From positions 30,001 through 62,000 of the forward strand of contig NZ_QLIR01000009.1 in NCBI RefSeq assembly GCF_003428155.1: a stretch of 32,000 bases of DNA, given 5' to 3'. Shown piece by piece: positions 1-11,177 of the stretch (positions are counted from its first letter, which is position 1; each line of letters begins with the position of its first letter). The notes beneath the pieces are model-generated. The model was given only the letters and a program-made list of their open reading frames with translations. It made no database searches and was not told the DNA's origin. Source of the stretch: Fastidiosibacter lacustris. GTDB taxonomy: Bacteria > Pseudomonadota > Gammaproteobacteria > Francisellales > Francisellaceae. Position numbers and translations under genes: made by a program.

Positions 1-127
1 ACTTGTTTACCGTATCAAGGGTGTCAACCGAGTCTTCTTTTTGTTGTTGATCAGAAGAGAGTAAAGAAGTTTCAGATCGTTTAATTTTTTCGTGATGATT
101 ACGTTTGAATCGACTAAATAAGTTCAT
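1..127 (-). CDS. N-terminal fragment of an unidentified protein running off the left edge (MNLFSRFKRNHHEKIKRSETSLLSSDQQQKEDSVDTLDTVNK...)
   Basis: Reverse-strand ATG at 127..125 opens a frame that stays open to the window edge. It starts with a charged, low-complexity N-terminus. Too short to assign a family. Confidence 0.5.
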   Translation of the reverse strand, partial: MNLFSRFKRNHHEKIKRSETSLLSSDQQQKEDSVDTLDTVNK

Positions 128-255
128 GGTGAAATCAAATATAAATTTAAACTAGGAGAATTCTGCATGATCAATCGGTGCTTTTCAAGTAATTTACCCC
201 TTTTTCTAGGTTGTTCAGAACGTTGGTTTTGGTGATTAATTGCGATGATTATAGA

Positions 256-915
256 TTAACTTTTCTCTTTACCTTGTTTTTTTAGTATGCATCTTTTTTT
301 AATAATTTCAATAATTAGAGGTGTGATAGAAACTAAAATGATTATAACAACAAGGTAGCTGAAATTCTCTTGCATAAATGGGATATTACTAAAGAAATAG
401 CCCAAATAAGTAATAGAACCAACCCAAATAAAAGCAGCAATAACACTTAATATAATAAAACGACGATAAGGCATCTCTCCCATCCCCGCAGCAAAGGGGG
501 TAAATGTGCGTATTATAGGGACAAAACGGGCAATAATAATGGCTTTAGCACCATATTTTTCAAAGAATTGATGGGTTTTCTCTAAATGTGAAGTCTTTAA
601 AATTTTAGCATCTGGCTTAAATAACTTTTCACCAAATAAATGTCCTATCCAGTAGTTGAGATTGTCACCAAGAATAGCAGCAAAAGCAAGCACAAACACC
701 ATTAAATGAACATTAAGACTTGTAGTGGCAGTGATGATACCAATTGCAAATAAAAGTGAATCTCCAGGTAAAAATGGCATGATAACAAGTCCCGTTTCAC
801 AAAATATAATTAAAAACAATAAAGCATATGTCCATAAACCAAAACTATTGACTAGGATATTCATATGAGCGTTTAGGTTTAATACAAAATCGATTAAGTA
901 ATGTATAGTATCCAT
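256..915 (-). CDS. DedA / SNARE-associated (VTT domain) family membrane protein
   Basis: 219 aa. Shows the family pattern 'ETGLVIMPFLPGDSLLFAIG', 'GDNLNYWIGHLFG' and 'FARFVPIIRTFTPFAAGMGEMPYRRF'. Confidence 0.9.
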   Translation of the reverse strand: MDTIHYLIDFVLNLNAHMNILVNSFGLWTYALLFLIIFCETGLVIMPFLPGDSLLFAIGIITATTSLNVHLMVFVLAFAAILGDNLNYWIGHLFGEKLFKPDAKILKTSHLEKTHQFFEKYGAKAIIIARFVPIIRTFTPFAAGMGEMPYRRFIILSVIAAFIWVGSITYLGYFFSNIPFMQENFSYLVVIIILVSITPLIIEIIKKRCILKKQGKEKS

Positions 916-1166
916 TAACAGCTATTGTGCCATTTCTTTATTAGTAATCGCTGCATTATAACGATAGATTGCTACGGCAGCTATAAAAACTCTTAAACTG
1001 AGGTCAATCTATAAAATCAACACCACTAAAAACTACTTCGCTAACTAAACACAACACAATAATTCATGATGGGTACCCAACGTTAAAACAGATTTTTCGT
1101 TCCGATCCAAATAAATCAAACATTATTCTTGGATTTTCAAATAATCTATGTCACCCTTGTAAAGCA

Positions 1167-2426
1167 TTGGACATACCAAACTTACATTTTAAAATGAAAA
1201 AACCATCGCTGGTCAGTTTTGCGCGATTGTCCTTTGGTAATATCATCGAATGGTACGACTTCTCACTTTATATCTACTTTTCTGTCTATATTGCAAAAGA
1301 TTTTTTCCCTAGCCAAAATCCATATGTGAGTTTATTGTTAACCTTTGCCACTTTTTTTCTTGGCTCTGTTGCACGTCCAGTGGGTGGATTATTAGTAGGA
1401 TGGCTAAGTGATCGCTATCACCCAAAGATGATGATTAACTTATGTGTGATCGCCATGGGTATTTCAACTTTTATTGTCGCACTTTTACCAGACTATCAAA
1501 CGATTGGTATCTTGGCGCCCATTTTTCTTGTAACTTTGCGTATTATTCAAGGTCTATCAGTTGGTGGTCAATTTCCAGGACTTATTTCCTTATCGGTAAA
1601 AGATCATCATGCTGATAAAGGATTTGCTGTAGGATTGGTTTTTTCGATTTCCTCCTTAGGCTTTCTTCTCGCTTCTGTTGTAGGTTTTGTCTCTTCAAGT
1701 TTATTCTCACACCAAGAAGCTCAATTTATTTGGCGTGTCCCTTTTGCACTAAGCGGGCTCTTGTTCTTAATTTACCTCTTTCTCAACAGACATGAAAGTT
1801 ATCCAGATGTACACAAAAAAAAGCATAAGCAAAATGTTTTTGTGTGGTTAGTGCAACAATACAAAGCCATCATTGCAGTAACTTTACTTACCACTATGGC
1901 AGCATCACTTTATTACATTGTTTTTACCTATTTACTTAATTATCAAACTACTGAGCTTAATGTATCTGAACAGACTGCTTTCTTAATTAATAGCTTCTCT
2001 TTAATTTTTGCTTGTTTGCTTTATCCAATGTTTGGGCAGTTTGCTGATAGGATTGGTGCTAAGCAACTATTCTATACCACGGCAACCTTGTTTTTTATAA
2101 GCGTCATTCCCATGATTTACCTTATTCAAACTAACGAACCAATGTGGGTATTTCTTGCTTTGACTGTTTTTACACTCTTTATGACTGCCATCCAAGGTGC
2201 TATATCTCCTCTTTTTGCCGAAGCTTTTGATAGTGAATGGAGAACTACAGGATGTGCATTTGCCTATAGTATTGGTAACGGTTTAAGTGGGGCTGCTCCT
2301 CTTGTTGCCTTAACTTTAGTCCACATCCATCCTGTTTATGGGTTGAGTGTGCTTATGATGGTATTGCTTGGACTTGGTGCAATTGGTTTAGCATTGATTA
2401 ACAATATCCAAAATTCAAAAACGTAA
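1167..2426 (+). CDS. MFS transporter, metabolite:H+ symporter (ProP-like) family
   Basis: 419 aa with about 12 hydrophobic segments. Motifs 'GNIIEWYDFSLYIYFSVYIAKDFFP', 'ARPVGGLLVGWLSDR' and 'RIIQGLSVGGQ' are typical of ProP/MHS transporters. The listed start is TTG; ATG at 1194 is an alternative. Confidence 0.85.
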   Translation: MDIPNLHFKMKKPSLVSFARLSFGNIIEWYDFSLYIYFSVYIAKDFFPSQNPYVSLLLTFATFFLGSVARPVGGLLVGWLSDRYHPKMMINLCVIAMGISTFIVALLPDYQTIGILAPIFLVTLRIIQGLSVGGQFPGLISLSVKDHHADKGFAVGLVFSISSLGFLLASVVGFVSSSLFSHQEAQFIWRVPFALSGLLFLIYLFLNRHESYPDVHKKKHKQNVFVWLVQQYKAIIAVTLLTTMAASLYYIVFTYLLNYQTTELNVSEQTAFLINSFSLIFACLLYPMFGQFADRIGAKQLFYTTATLFFISVIPMIYLIQTNEPMWVFLALTVFTLFMTAIQGAISPLFAEAFDSEWRTTGCAFAYSIGNGLSGAAPLVALTLVHIHPVYGLSVLMMVLLGLGAIGLALINNIQNSKT

Positions 2427-2524
2427 AACGCAACTTTCTTACTCTGTTAGCATAGAGTAGGGCTAGTCAGCAGCAGTATTTTTTCGTACACTGCAAAGAA
2501 TACGATTATAACAACAGCATAAAA

Positions 2525-4036
2525 ATGACTTTAAACTTAAATGGTTATGTCCACAAGCGTGGCATTGAACGCGAAGGCTTGCGCATTTTAAAAAATGGGG
2601 CAATAGCACTATCACCTCACCCAAAGTCTCTAGGTTCAAAACTCACTCACTCTAATATCACCGTTGATTTTGCTGAAAGTTTATTAGAGCTGATCACCGA
2701 GCCTTTTGATAGCATTGATAAAACACTCAATCGCTTGCAAAGTATTTCTGCTTTTTGCACTCAGAACTTACCCGAAGATGAGCTTTTGCTTAGTACCAGC
2801 ATGCCACTTATAATGACAGAAAATAAGATCCACATAGCCAACTTTGGTACTTCAAATTCAGGAAAAATGAAAGAAGTCTATCGACGAGGGCTTGCCAAGC
2901 GCTATGGTAAAATCATGCAAACCATTTCTGGTGTTCATTATAATTTTTCCTATGACCTTGATTTACTTACTGAGCTCTCCGCACAAAGAAAACTTAGCCA
3001 TGATCAGCTGTATTTTTCTGCGATTAATCATTATTTTGACTTTATGTGGCTATTACCTTATTTATTTGGTAGCTCACCCATTTGTGCAAAAACATCTGTT
3101 AAGAATAAGCCCAATTACCTACAAGAACTCAATAAAGATTTTTATATTGGGGAATATACAACAAGCTTAAGAATGAGTAACCTTGGGTATCAAAGCAATG
3201 CACAGAAAAATTTGTTTATTTCATACAATAACCTTAAAGACTATGTTTATGACTTAATAGGCGCAACTAAACAAACTTATCCTGACTTTGAAAAAATCGG
3301 TCTTTATGATCAAAATCATCTCCGCCAACAACTCAATACCAGCATTTTACAAATTGAAAATGAATACTATAACGCCATTCGTCCAAAACAAATTGTCAAG
3401 CGTTGTGAGCGTCCAGCATGTGCATTATTGAATCGCGGCGTTCGTTATTTAGAAGTACGTGTACTGGATGTGAACCCTTTTAATTCGCTTGGAATTGATA
3501 AACCAACAGCTCACTTCATTGAGGCGCTATTGTTAACCTGCCTAATGCAACCAACTAAGCACTATGCTCAAAGTGAAATTGTTCGTAATAAATACAATTT
3601 CAACCAAGTGGTTGAAAAAGGTCGTTATCCAAATCTTACACTTACAGATACTCACAACAATACTACCTTACTCAAAGAAATGGGAATAAGGCAATTGGAG
3701 CTGATTGCCAAAATTGCTCAACAAATGGGTAATGATTATGAGCAAGCAGTTGCTACCCAGTTGGGAAAAATTGAAGATAGTAATAAAACGCCATCCGCTC
3801 AAGTAATGAAGTTTAGAGAAACAGATTATTTGGGTACTATTTTAGATTTATCACAAACCCATACTCAAAATTTAAAGTCCATTCAACTAAACGAAATAGA
3901 GAAAAAAGCATTTCATGATCAAGCACAAGATTCTATTCAAAAACAGTTAGAACTTGAACAAGCTGATTGCTGCGATCTAGATACTTATATTGACCATTAC
4001 TATCGTTCGGCAGATTGTACTACCACTCCAAATTAA
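2525..4036 (+). CDS. gshA: Glutamate-cysteine ligase
   Basis: 503 aa. Motifs 'GIEREGLR', 'ITVDFAESLLELITEP', 'GVHYNFSY' and 'YLEVRVLDVNPF' are characteristic of proteobacterial GshA. Confidence 0.92.
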   Translation: MTLNLNGYVHKRGIEREGLRILKNGAIALSPHPKSLGSKLTHSNITVDFAESLLELITEPFDSIDKTLNRLQSISAFCTQNLPEDELLLSTSMPLIMTENKIHIANFGTSNSGKMKEVYRRGLAKRYGKIMQTISGVHYNFSYDLDLLTELSAQRKLSHDQLYFSAINHYFDFMWLLPYLFGSSPICAKTSVKNKPNYLQELNKDFYIGEYTTSLRMSNLGYQSNAQKNLFISYNNLKDYVYDLIGATKQTYPDFEKIGLYDQNHLRQQLNTSILQIENEYYNAIRPKQIVKRCERPACALLNRGVRYLEVRVLDVNPFNSLGIDKPTAHFIEALLLTCLMQPTKHYAQSEIVRNKYNFNQVVEKGRYPNLTLTDTHNNTTLLKEMGIRQLELIAKIAQQMGNDYEQAVATQLGKIEDSNKTPSAQVMKFRETDYLGTILDLSQTHTQNLKSIQLNEIEKKAFHDQAQDSIQKQLELEQADCCDLDTYIDHYYRSADCTTTPN

Positions 4037-4222
4037 TTTTAATTTTTTCCTGTCATGACTCCTACTTCGTATTATCTCTAATAATAAGCTTGTAAAGCAA
4101 ACATAGAATCGTTTTAAATACACTCCTTCCAAATAGATTCCAATTCACTCTTGATTAGGTTGCACTTTTTGACGCCAAACTTTACTATACGATTTTTTAG
4201 TAAAACAAAACACTTTGATTAC

Positions 4223-4912
4223 ATGACTGACAATACACCCATCAAACACATGCGCACGATCAAAAGCTTTGTCAAACGTGCAGGTCGTACAACCACTCGC
4301 CAACAGTACGCACTTAATGAATATGCTACATCCTATAAAATCAATTTTTGTGACTTAGTCACAGATTTTAATCAGTACTATGCCACATCTCAAGCGCTTG
4401 TGCTTGAAATTGGTTTTGGGATGGGTGACAGCTTAGTAAAAATGGCTAAAGAGATACCAACTACCAATTTCCTTGGTATAGAAGTTCATGAACCAGGCGT
4501 TGGTAATATACTTGATCATATCCATAGCAACAACCTTTCTAACCTCCGTATCATGCAGCATGACGCGGTAGAGGTACTTCATAAAATGATTGCTGATAAT
4601 AGCCTAACAGGTGTCCAAATTTTCTTTCCTGACCCATGGCATAAGAAACGCCATCACAAGCGACGTTTAGTCAACGCTGATTTTATCAAACTTTTAGTTC
4701 GAAAATTAAAAACAGATGGTTTTATTCATTTTGCCACCGACTGGCAACAATATGCAGATGAGGTGCTTGAACTTTTTACAAAAGATAATGAGCTTAAAAA
4801 TGATCACAATGGTTTTGCAACACGACCTAATTCACGACCAATCACCAAGTTCGAAAAGCGTGGTCAAGCACTTAAGCATAATGTCTGGGATATTGTTGTA
4901 CATAAGAAGTAA
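4223..4912 (+). CDS. trmB: tRNA (guanine-N7)-methyltransferase
   Basis: 'LEIGFGMGDSLVKMA', 'FLGIEVHEPGVG', 'VQIFFPDPWHKKRHHKRR' are TrmB hallmarks. The supplied ORF starts at a TTG at 4151; ATG at 4223 (MTDNTPIK...) is the more likely start. Confidence 0.92.
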   Translation: MTDNTPIKHMRTIKSFVKRAGRTTTRQQYALNEYATSYKINFCDLVTDFNQYYATSQALVLEIGFGMGDSLVKMAKEIPTTNFLGIEVHEPGVGNILDHIHSNNLSNLRIMQHDAVEVLHKMIADNSLTGVQIFFPDPWHKKRHHKRRLVNADFIKLLVRKLKTDGFIHFATDWQQYADEVLELFTKDNELKNDHNGFATRPNSRPITKFEKRGQALKHNVWDIVVHKK

Positions 4913-4995
4913 TATTTTTATGGTATAAACTCTAGTTAAAAGCAACTTGTTTGTATATAGTTTAACCCATCCAATCAAGATAAAATCAGCTTTAA

Positions 4996-5208
4996 ATGAA
5001 AAAATTAACCCTTGCTCACCTTGTGTTTCTTATCACCATCTGCATTTTGCTGTTACCATTGTTTGTTTTTTTAGGAATATGCTTTGTCATTTATGGATTA
5101 ATTGCTAAAAAGCGCATTCGTGATATTTTTAAAAGACAACAAGCACTTAAAGAAAACTCTACCTTTTCTGAAAATGCACAAAAAGGTAGAGTTATTGATC
5201 ACGAGTAG
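4996..5208 (+). CDS. Small hypothetical membrane protein (70 aa)
   Basis: Continuous hydrophobic stretch 'LAHLVFLITICILLLPLFVFLGICFVIYGLI' followed by a basic tail. Convergent with fis, with a 1 nt gap. Confidence 0.5.
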   Translation: MKKLTLAHLVFLITICILLLPLFVFLGICFVIYGLIAKKRIRDIFKRQQALKENSTFSENAQKGRVIDHE

Positions 5209-5209
5209 T

Positions 5210-5521
5210 CTATTTTAAGGGCGCATCAGCCTTTTCATTAAGTATGTTATATTGTTCTAGCTTTTTACGAAAAGTTCCGCGATTAAGTCCTAGAATTCTT
5301 GCGGAACGACTTTGGTTGTGACCTGTGAAATCCATCGTTGCTTCAATCATTGGACACTCGGTTTCTTCCATAATGAGTTTATAAACTTCTTCTGGTCTTA
5401 AACCTTCTTGACTTACCATTCTATAGTAATGTTGTACGCGTTTACGTACCACCTCACGCAATGGAAAAGTTCTCGCAGATTGATCGTCCGGTTTCAATTT
5501 ATAATGCATTGTAGCAGCCAT
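5210..5521 (-). CDS. fis: Fis family nucleoid-associated / DNA-binding protein
   Basis: C-terminal HTH 'GHNQSRSARILGLNRGTFRKKLEQYNI' closely matches the Fis HTH. The supplied ORF extends to 5545; an internal ATG at 5521 (MAATMHYK...) is a plausible start. Confidence 0.82.
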   Translation of the reverse strand: MAATMHYKLKPDDQSARTFPLREVVRKRVQHYYRMVSQEGLRPEEVYKLIMEETECPMIEATMDFTGHNQSRSARILGLNRGTFRKKLEQYNILNEKADAPLK

Positions 5522-5810
5522 ACGTTCCCCCCTATATTGAAACATTCTTTATGCTGTTGGTTAATATCCAGCTAAAGATTAATTGATTTAACATCTAATA
5601 ACAATAGCATCATAACCAAAAACTTTACTTAAACTCTAAAAATTACAATGTTTTTAATTAAATTAGGATCCTTGCTTCAGTGAGAGAACAGGTCATTATT
5701 ATTTTTTACGAGAGTATATAAATAAAACATCAGGTATAAAAGCATTGATGCAACTAAACCAGTTGATTATACTTCATTACATTAACGCTCTAAAATATGA
5801 ATAAAGCTTA

Positions 5811-6344
5811 ATGTACAGCTTTCAGCAACAACTCAAACAACTACGCGAAAAGCAAAAACTTACAGTAGAAGTCATTGCCACTAAGATGAGTTTTACCGCA
5901 CAAACGATTCATATGCTTGAAGATAGCGAAGACTTATTCAGCCTAAATTTACCAACTCAATCCTTAAAAAACTACTACCGAAAATATGCCGAGTGCTTAG
6001 GTATGCAGGAAAGAAAAATCATCAATATCTTAAATTATATTGACTACCTAGATTATAAGCACTCAAGCAGAGGAAAAATGAAAGTTTTTGACTACATTAA
6101 TCGACTAGCCATTTTAATTTTAATTGGTTTTTTAGCTTATACTGTATACGGCTTATACTTACAAGAAAAGGCAAACGCCTTAAAGCAAAGCGTTATTACT
6201 TTACCATCACCCACCACAACAGCACAGCAACAAAAAGTCACTGCAAATCTAACTACCGACCAATCGACTCAATCGGATGAACTCACTCAAACGACTAACA
6301 ATGATCACGCTAGTGATAATACGGCAATCAACAGCAATCCATAG
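5811..6344 (+). CDS. RodZ-like protein: N-terminal XRE-type HTH plus one transmembrane segment and a low-complexity tail
   Basis: 'FQQQLKQLREKQKLTVEVIATKM..TAQTIHMLE' HTH, then 'LAILILIGFLAYTVYGLYL' TM, then a Thr/Gln-rich tail. No periplasmic DUF4115-type domain. Confidence 0.65.
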   Translation: MYSFQQQLKQLREKQKLTVEVIATKMSFTAQTIHMLEDSEDLFSLNLPTQSLKNYYRKYAECLGMQERKIINILNYIDYLDYKHSSRGKMKVFDYINRLAILILIGFLAYTVYGLYLQEKANALKQSVITLPSPTTTAQQQKVTANLTTDQSTQSDELTQTTNNDHASDNTAINSNP

Positions 6345-6347
6345 CAC

Positions 6348-7295
6348 ATGTTTTACCCACGGTTTATCATCGGAATTGAAGGACTCACCTTAAATGCGGC
6401 TGATATGGTGCGCCTAAAAAATCCTCACGTTGTTGGGGTGATTCTATTTACACGCAATTTCATTGATAGTACCCAACTAAAAGCACTTACCAGAAGTATT
6501 AAAAATGTACGCCATGACTTACTCATTAGTGCAGATCAAGAAGGTGGTCGTGTCCAAAGATTCAGAACGGATGGCTTCACAGAACTGCCTTCTCTATATG
6601 ACTTAAGCCAAAGTAATTGTCCTAAGAGCATAAAAGAACATGTTGCAACGCTTGCTCTAGAGCTAAAATCACATGGTGTAGATTACAGTTTTACTCCCAT
6701 CGTTGACCTTTATCATCCACAAAGTAGAGTTATCAATAAACGTGCATTTTCTAACGATCCACAGCAAGTTGTAACACTGGCTACTCAATACATCAATTTA
6801 ATGCATCAATATAAGTTAACTTCTGTATTAAAACACTTTCCAGGTCATGGTAGCCTTATAGCTGACTCTCACTTTGAGATAGTCGTAGACATGCGTAACT
6901 TAATTGACATTGAAAATACTGATCTTTATCCCTTTATTAAGCTTATTGATCACAAAAAAGCAGACAGTATAATGGTTGGTCATCTTCATTACCCTAACGT
7001 TGATACCCAAATTGCCTCTATGTCTTACTTTTGGTTAACGGACTACCTTCGCGGTAGATTGCAATTTGATGGCATTATATTTAGCGATGATTTTGGAATG
7101 TTTGCGGCATCAAGTCTAACAGCAACTCAGCTAGACTCATGCAAAGCCTTTTTTAACGCAGGTGGAGACGTTGCACTCTTATGTAATGAGTTTGCTGAAA
7201 TCGATCATACATTAGACTATTTCAATGAGCGAATATTTAAACAAAACTCACTTTTTAATAGCCGTTGGCAACGCTTTAAGTCTGCACTTTTATAG
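6348..7295 (+). CDS. nagZ: Beta-N-acetylhexosaminidase (glycoside hydrolase family 3)
   Basis: 315 aa. 'GVILFTRNF', 'ISADQEGGRVQRF', 'KHFPGHGSLIADSH' and 'IIFSDDFGM' match NagZ. Confidence 0.92.
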   Translation: MFYPRFIIGIEGLTLNAADMVRLKNPHVVGVILFTRNFIDSTQLKALTRSIKNVRHDLLISADQEGGRVQRFRTDGFTELPSLYDLSQSNCPKSIKEHVATLALELKSHGVDYSFTPIVDLYHPQSRVINKRAFSNDPQQVVTLATQYINLMHQYKLTSVLKHFPGHGSLIADSHFEIVVDMRNLIDIENTDLYPFIKLIDHKKADSIMVGHLHYPNVDTQIASMSYFWLTDYLRGRLQFDGIIFSDDFGMFAASSLTATQLDSCKAFFNAGGDVALLCNEFAEIDHTLDYFNERIFKQNSLFNSRWQRFKSALL

Positions 7296-7365
7296 ATTTA
7301 AGAAATCAACTCAAATCCTAAGTAACTTCATCCGTTACGAATAAGGAGTATTTTGAAGCAGTTTA

Positions 7366-7396
7366 AAGTTTTTTACTTTTAAAAAGTGCAAAACTA
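7366..7396. terminator. AT-rich inverted repeat (AGTTTT..ACTTTT/AAAAAGT..AAAACT) between convergent nagZ and fba; possible bidirectional terminator (coordinates approximate)
   Basis: Nested complementary arms located between two convergent gene ends. Very low GC, so weakly supported. Confidence 0.25.
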
Positions 7397-7433
7397 CTAA
7401 CGCTAATTTGAGTATTTTTAGTTGATGCTTATG

Positions 7434-8498
7434 TTATTTAATACGCGGACCTAGTACACCTGATTGGTACTTTTGATACATATTTTCAAGTGAAATAGGT
7501 TTAATTTTATCGGCCATCCCGGCGGCCCCGAAAGCCTCATAACGCGCTTGACAAATATCACGCATTGCATCTTTTGCTACTAAATTATATTTACGTGGAT
7601 CAAATTCAGCGCGATGAGTCGCCATAAAACGACGAATCGCCCCAGTTGCAGCCATACGTAAATCAGTGTCAATATTAACCTTTCGCACACCATATTTAAT
7701 CGCTTCAACAATTTCAGACACAGGAACGCCATAAGTTTCACCCATCTCTCCACCAAACTCGTTAATGACTTGTAACCAATCTTGCGGCACAGAAGACGAA
7801 CCATGCATAACAAGGTGTGTATCTGGAATACGTGCATGAATCTCTTTCACCCTTGCAATAGCTAATACATCACCTGTAGGCGGCTTAGTAAACTTATATG
7901 CACCATGACTTGTGCCAATCGCAATTGCCAACGCGTCTACTTTGGTTGCTTTAACAAATTCTGCAGCTTCCTCTGGATCAGTTAATAACTGATCATGAGA
8001 AAGTATACCTTCTGCACCCACACCATCTTCTTCACCTGCTTGCCCTGTTTCTAATGAACCTAAACAACCTAATTCCCCTTCTACAGATACACCACAAGCA
8101 TGTGCCATTTCGACTGTACGCTTAGTGACATCAACATTGTAATCATAACTAGCAGGTGTCTTGCCATCTGATTTTAATGACCCATCCATCATCACTGATG
8201 AAAAACCTAATTGAATAGAACGCTGACATACATCAGGAGAAGTTCCATGATCTTGGTGCATACAAATTGGAATATATGGATACTCTTCAATTGCCGCTAA
8301 TACTAAATGGCGAATAAATGGGGCTCCAGCGTATTTTCTTGCTCCTGCTGAGGCTTGCAAAATAACAGGCGCTTTCACCTTGTTTGCAGCCTCCATCACA
8401 GCACGAATTTGTTCTAGATTATTTACATTAAATGCAGGGATGCCATAACTATGTTCCGCTGCATGATCTAATAGTTGACGTAACGATACTAATGCCAT
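7434..8498 (-). CDS. fba: Fructose-bisphosphate aldolase, class II
   Basis: 354 aa. '[21 protein letters not shown]', 'PICMHQDHG', 'SVMMDGS', 'GCLGSLETG', 'VHGSSSVPQ' and '[11 protein letters not shown]' are class II FBA motifs. Confidence 0.96.
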   Translation of the reverse strand: MALVSLRQLLDHAAEHSYGIPAFNVNNLEQIRAVMEAANKVKAPVILQASAGARKYAGAPFIRHLVLAAIEEYPYIPICMHQDHGTSPDVCQRSIQLGFSSVMMDGSLKSDGKTPASYDYNVDVTKRTVEMAHACGVSVEGELGCLGSLETGQAGEEDGVGAEGILSHDQLLTDPEEAAEFVKATKVDALAIAIGTSHGAYKFTKPPTGDVLAIARVKEIHARIPDTHLVMHGSSSVPQDWLQVINEFGGEMGETYGVPVSEIVEAIKYGVRKVNIDTDLRMAATGAIRRFMATHRAEFDPRKYNLVAKDAMRDICQARYEAFGAAGMADKIKPISLENMYQKYQSGVLGPRIK

Positions 8499-8507
8499 TT
8501 TTATTCC

Positions 8508-9941
8508 TTACACTACGTTTCCAGCTTGAATTACTTTGATTTTGTTGGTCCCACCATGAACACCCATATGATCACCACTGGTGAGAACCATCCACTCACC
8601 TTGCTTGACAATACCACGTTTTTCTAACTCAAGAGAAGCTTCACGATTAACATAGAAGCGCGCCATCCGAGTTGAATCAAACTCAATTGGAATCACACCA
8701 CGATAAAGCGTCATTTTACCTAAAGTTGCCCGATTACGTGATAAACCATAAATCGGCAAATGAGTGTTAATGCGTGACATCCAAAGCGCTGTTGAACCTG
8801 ACTCTGTCAATGAAATAATTGCTTTAGCATCAACATTATTAGCTAAATATACAGCAGCGTTAGCAACAGCCTCATCAACACGATTATGGTGACGTGCAAC
8901 GTTATCTTTAGAGACAATGTGGACTAAATTACTGTTCTCAGCAGCTTTGCAAACACGTGACATTGCTGCAACTGTTTCAACTGGATATTCACCTGTAGCA
9001 GACTCTGCCGAGAGCATCACCACATCCGTACCATCTAATACGGCATTGGCAACATCAGATACTTCGGCACGTGTAGGTGTTGAACTTGTAATCATCGACT
9101 CCATCATTTGTGTTGCTGTAATCACCACCTTATCCAATTCACGCGTTAAGCGGATAATCATTTTTTGTACAGCAGGAACGTTCTCATCCCCAATTTCAAC
9201 TGCCAAATCCCCTCTTGCCACCATAATTGCATCAGAAGCTTTAATAATTTCCTCTATATTTTTTACCGCTTCAGTACGTTCAATTTTAGCAACAATAGCT
9301 GCTTCACTACCTGCCTCAGTCAGGAGCTTACGTGCGTACTCCATGTCTTTAGCATCTCTTGGAAAGGATACAGCAATATAGTCCACTTCAAGTGCTGCTG
9401 CGGTTTTAATATCTTCTTTATCCTTTTCCGTTAAAGCAGGGGCAGTTAAACCACCACCCTTTTTATTAATCCCTTTATTGTTAGATAGCTTACCACCTAC
9501 TGTAACTTTGCAATGCACTTTAGCACTTTCTACCTTAACAACAGTCAACACAATTTTGCCATCGTCTAAAAGTAAAATATCTCCCTTTTTAACATCATTT
9601 GGTAGCTCTTTATAATCAATACCAACAGCTTTTTCATCACCTTGCGTTTTATCCATTTCAGCATCAAGCACAAAATTATCACCTGTTTTAAGTGTAATTT
9701 TACTATCTTTGAACTTAGCTACACGAATTTTAGGACCTTGCAAATCTGCTAGAATTCCAATATGTATCCCTTTTTCTTTAGCCACTTCACGAATCAATTG
9801 CACACGTTTACGATGATCATCTGCGCTACCATGTGAGAAATTGCAACGTACCGCATTTAATCCCGCGTCCACCATTTTACTTAGCATTTCTTTTGACTCA
9901 CTGGCAGGTCCAATCGTTGCTAAGATTTTTGTTCTTCTCAT
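8508..9941 (-). CDS. pyk: Pyruvate kinase
   Basis: 477 aa. '[13 protein letters not shown]', '[12 protein letters not shown]', '[12 protein letters not shown]', '[24 protein letters not shown]' match pyruvate kinase. Start overlaps the pgk stop as ATGA. Confidence 0.97.
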   Translation of the reverse strand: MRRTKILATIGPASESKEMLSKMVDAGLNAVRCNFSHGSADDHRKRVQLIREVAKEKGIHIGILADLQGPKIRVAKFKDSKITLKTGDNFVLDAEMDKTQGDEKAVGIDYKELPNDVKKGDILLLDDGKIVLTVVKVESAKVHCKVTVGGKLSNNKGINKKGGGLTAPALTEKDKEDIKTAAALEVDYIAVSFPRDAKDMEYARKLLTEAGSEAAIVAKIERTEAVKNIEEIIKASDAIMVARGDLAVEIGDENVPAVQKMIIRLTRELDKVVITATQMMESMITSSTPTRAEVSDVANAVLDGTDVVMLSAESATGEYPVETVAAMSRVCKAAENSNLVHIVSKDNVARHHNRVDEAVANAAVYLANNVDAKAIISLTESGSTALWMSRINTHLPIYGLSRNRATLGKMTLYRGVIPIEFDSTRMARFYVNREASLELEKRGIVKQGEWMVLTSGDHMGVHGGTNKIKVIQAGNVV

Positions 9942-11125
9942 ACTTTTACCTCTTGTGCACGTTCACATAACACTTCAACACCAGGTAAGATTTTTCCTTC
10001 AATAAACTCAAGGAAAGCACCTCCAGCAGTTGAAATATAAGAAATATCATTTTTAATATTAAATTTCTCAATTGCTGCAATAGTATCCCCGCCTCCAGCC
10101 ACTGAAAATGCCTTTGATTGAGCAATTGCATTGGCAATCGCTTGAGTGCCTTTAGCAAAATTATCAAACTCAAATACCCCAACTGGACCATTCCATAAAA
10201 TAGTATTTGCATTGGAAATTATTTGAGAGAGTTTATTCTCAGTCATCGGACCAATATCTAAAATTATGTCATTTGGCTCAATTGATTCAACAGTTTTAAT
10301 TTCTACTTTTGCTTTCTCATCAAAGGTGCAAGCAACTCTAACATCGATAGGAAGTGGAATATCGGCACCTTTTTGTTTAGCTTTCTCAAGTAAACTACGA
10401 GCCGTATCAATCAAATCTGCTTCAATTAAAGAATTACCAACATTAAAACCAGCTGCTACCAAAAAAGTATTGGCAATTCCGCCACCCACAATAAGTTGAT
10501 CGACTTGGTCAATAAGATTTTCAAGTACAGTCAACTTGGTTGAAACCTTGGAACCACCGACAATTGCAAGTAGTGGTTTTTTCGGATCTTTTAATGTAGC
10601 TTTAAGTGCATTTAACTCTTCTGTTAACAGTAACCCTGCACAAGCAACTGGTGCATATTTTGCCACACCATAAGTTGATGCTTGCGCGCGATGCGCCGTT
10701 GCAAAGGCATCCATTACAAACACATCACATAATTTTGCTAACTTTTGCGATAATCCTTCATCTGATTTATTTTCACCTTTGTTAAAACGTACATTTTCAC
10801 ACATTATTACTTGACCAGGCTGAACTTGTACGCCATTTAAATAGTCTTTCACAAGCTCAACCGACCGGTTGAGTTTTTCTGTTAAACATTTCGCTATAGG
10901 GAGCAATGAAAACTCATCGTTATACTCCCCTTCAACAGGGCGACCTAAGTGTGACATTAAAATAACAGCTGCACCTTCCTTTAGTGCATATTCAATCGTC
11001 TTAAGTGCTGCATCAATACGTACAAAACTCGTTACTTTTCCATCCTTAACAGGAACGTTGAAGTCCACTCTCATCAAGACTTTTTTGTTCTTTAATGACA
11101 CATCTGTAATCGATAAAAAGTTCAT
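9938..11125 (-). CDS. pgk: Phosphoglycerate kinase
   Basis: '[15 protein letters not shown]', 'LMSHLGRP', '[12 protein letters not shown]', '[11 protein letters not shown]', 'VAGGGDT' match PGK. ATG at 11125 (MNFLSITDV) is more likely than the ORF-track start at 11161. Confidence 0.97.
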   Translation of the reverse strand: MNFLSITDVSLKNKKVLMRVDFNVPVKDGKVTSFVRIDAALKTIEYALKEGAAVILMSHLGRPVEGEYNDEFSLLPIAKCLTEKLNRSVELVKDYLNGVQVQPGQVIMCENVRFNKGENKSDEGLSQKLAKLCDVFVMDAFATAHRAQASTYGVAKYAPVACAGLLLTEELNALKATLKDPKKPLLAIVGGSKVSTKLTVLENLIDQVDQLIVGGGIANTFLVAAGFNVGNSLIEADLIDTARSLLEKAKQKGADIPLPIDVRVACTFDEKAKVEIKTVESIEPNDIILDIGPMTENKLSQIISNANTILWNGPVGVFEFDNFAKGTQAIANAIAQSKAFSVAGGGDTIAAIEKFNIKNDISYISTAGGAFLEFIEGKILPGVEVLCERAQEVKV

Positions 11126-11177
11126 ATTTATTCCTTCGTTACACAAAAAGGCGTTTATCACGCCTCTTCGTTACTAA

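Noticed and set aside
2440-2503. Short complementary arms (TACTCT/AGAGTA; GCAGT/ACTGC; GTATT/AATAC) between the MFS gene and gshA, considered as a terminator or structured leader
   Set aside because: Stems of 5 to 6 bp in AT-rich DNA arise often by chance, and none is followed by a clean T-run.
2892-3170. Minus-strand ORF inside gshA, plus small same-strand ORFs at 7580..7837, 9946..10212 and 4716..4928 overlapping fba, pgk and trmB
   Set aside because: Embedded in well-supported coding sequence in another frame, with no independent ribosome-binding site or domain evidence noticed.
9165-9434. Antisense + strand ORFs inside pyk (8917..9381 and 9165..9434), pgk (10266..10499, 10869..11177), gap (11407..11607) and tkt (13498..13719)
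   Set aside because: They lie fully or almost fully opposite strongly supported conserved genes, and their translations look like shadows of the coding strand with no recognisable domain.
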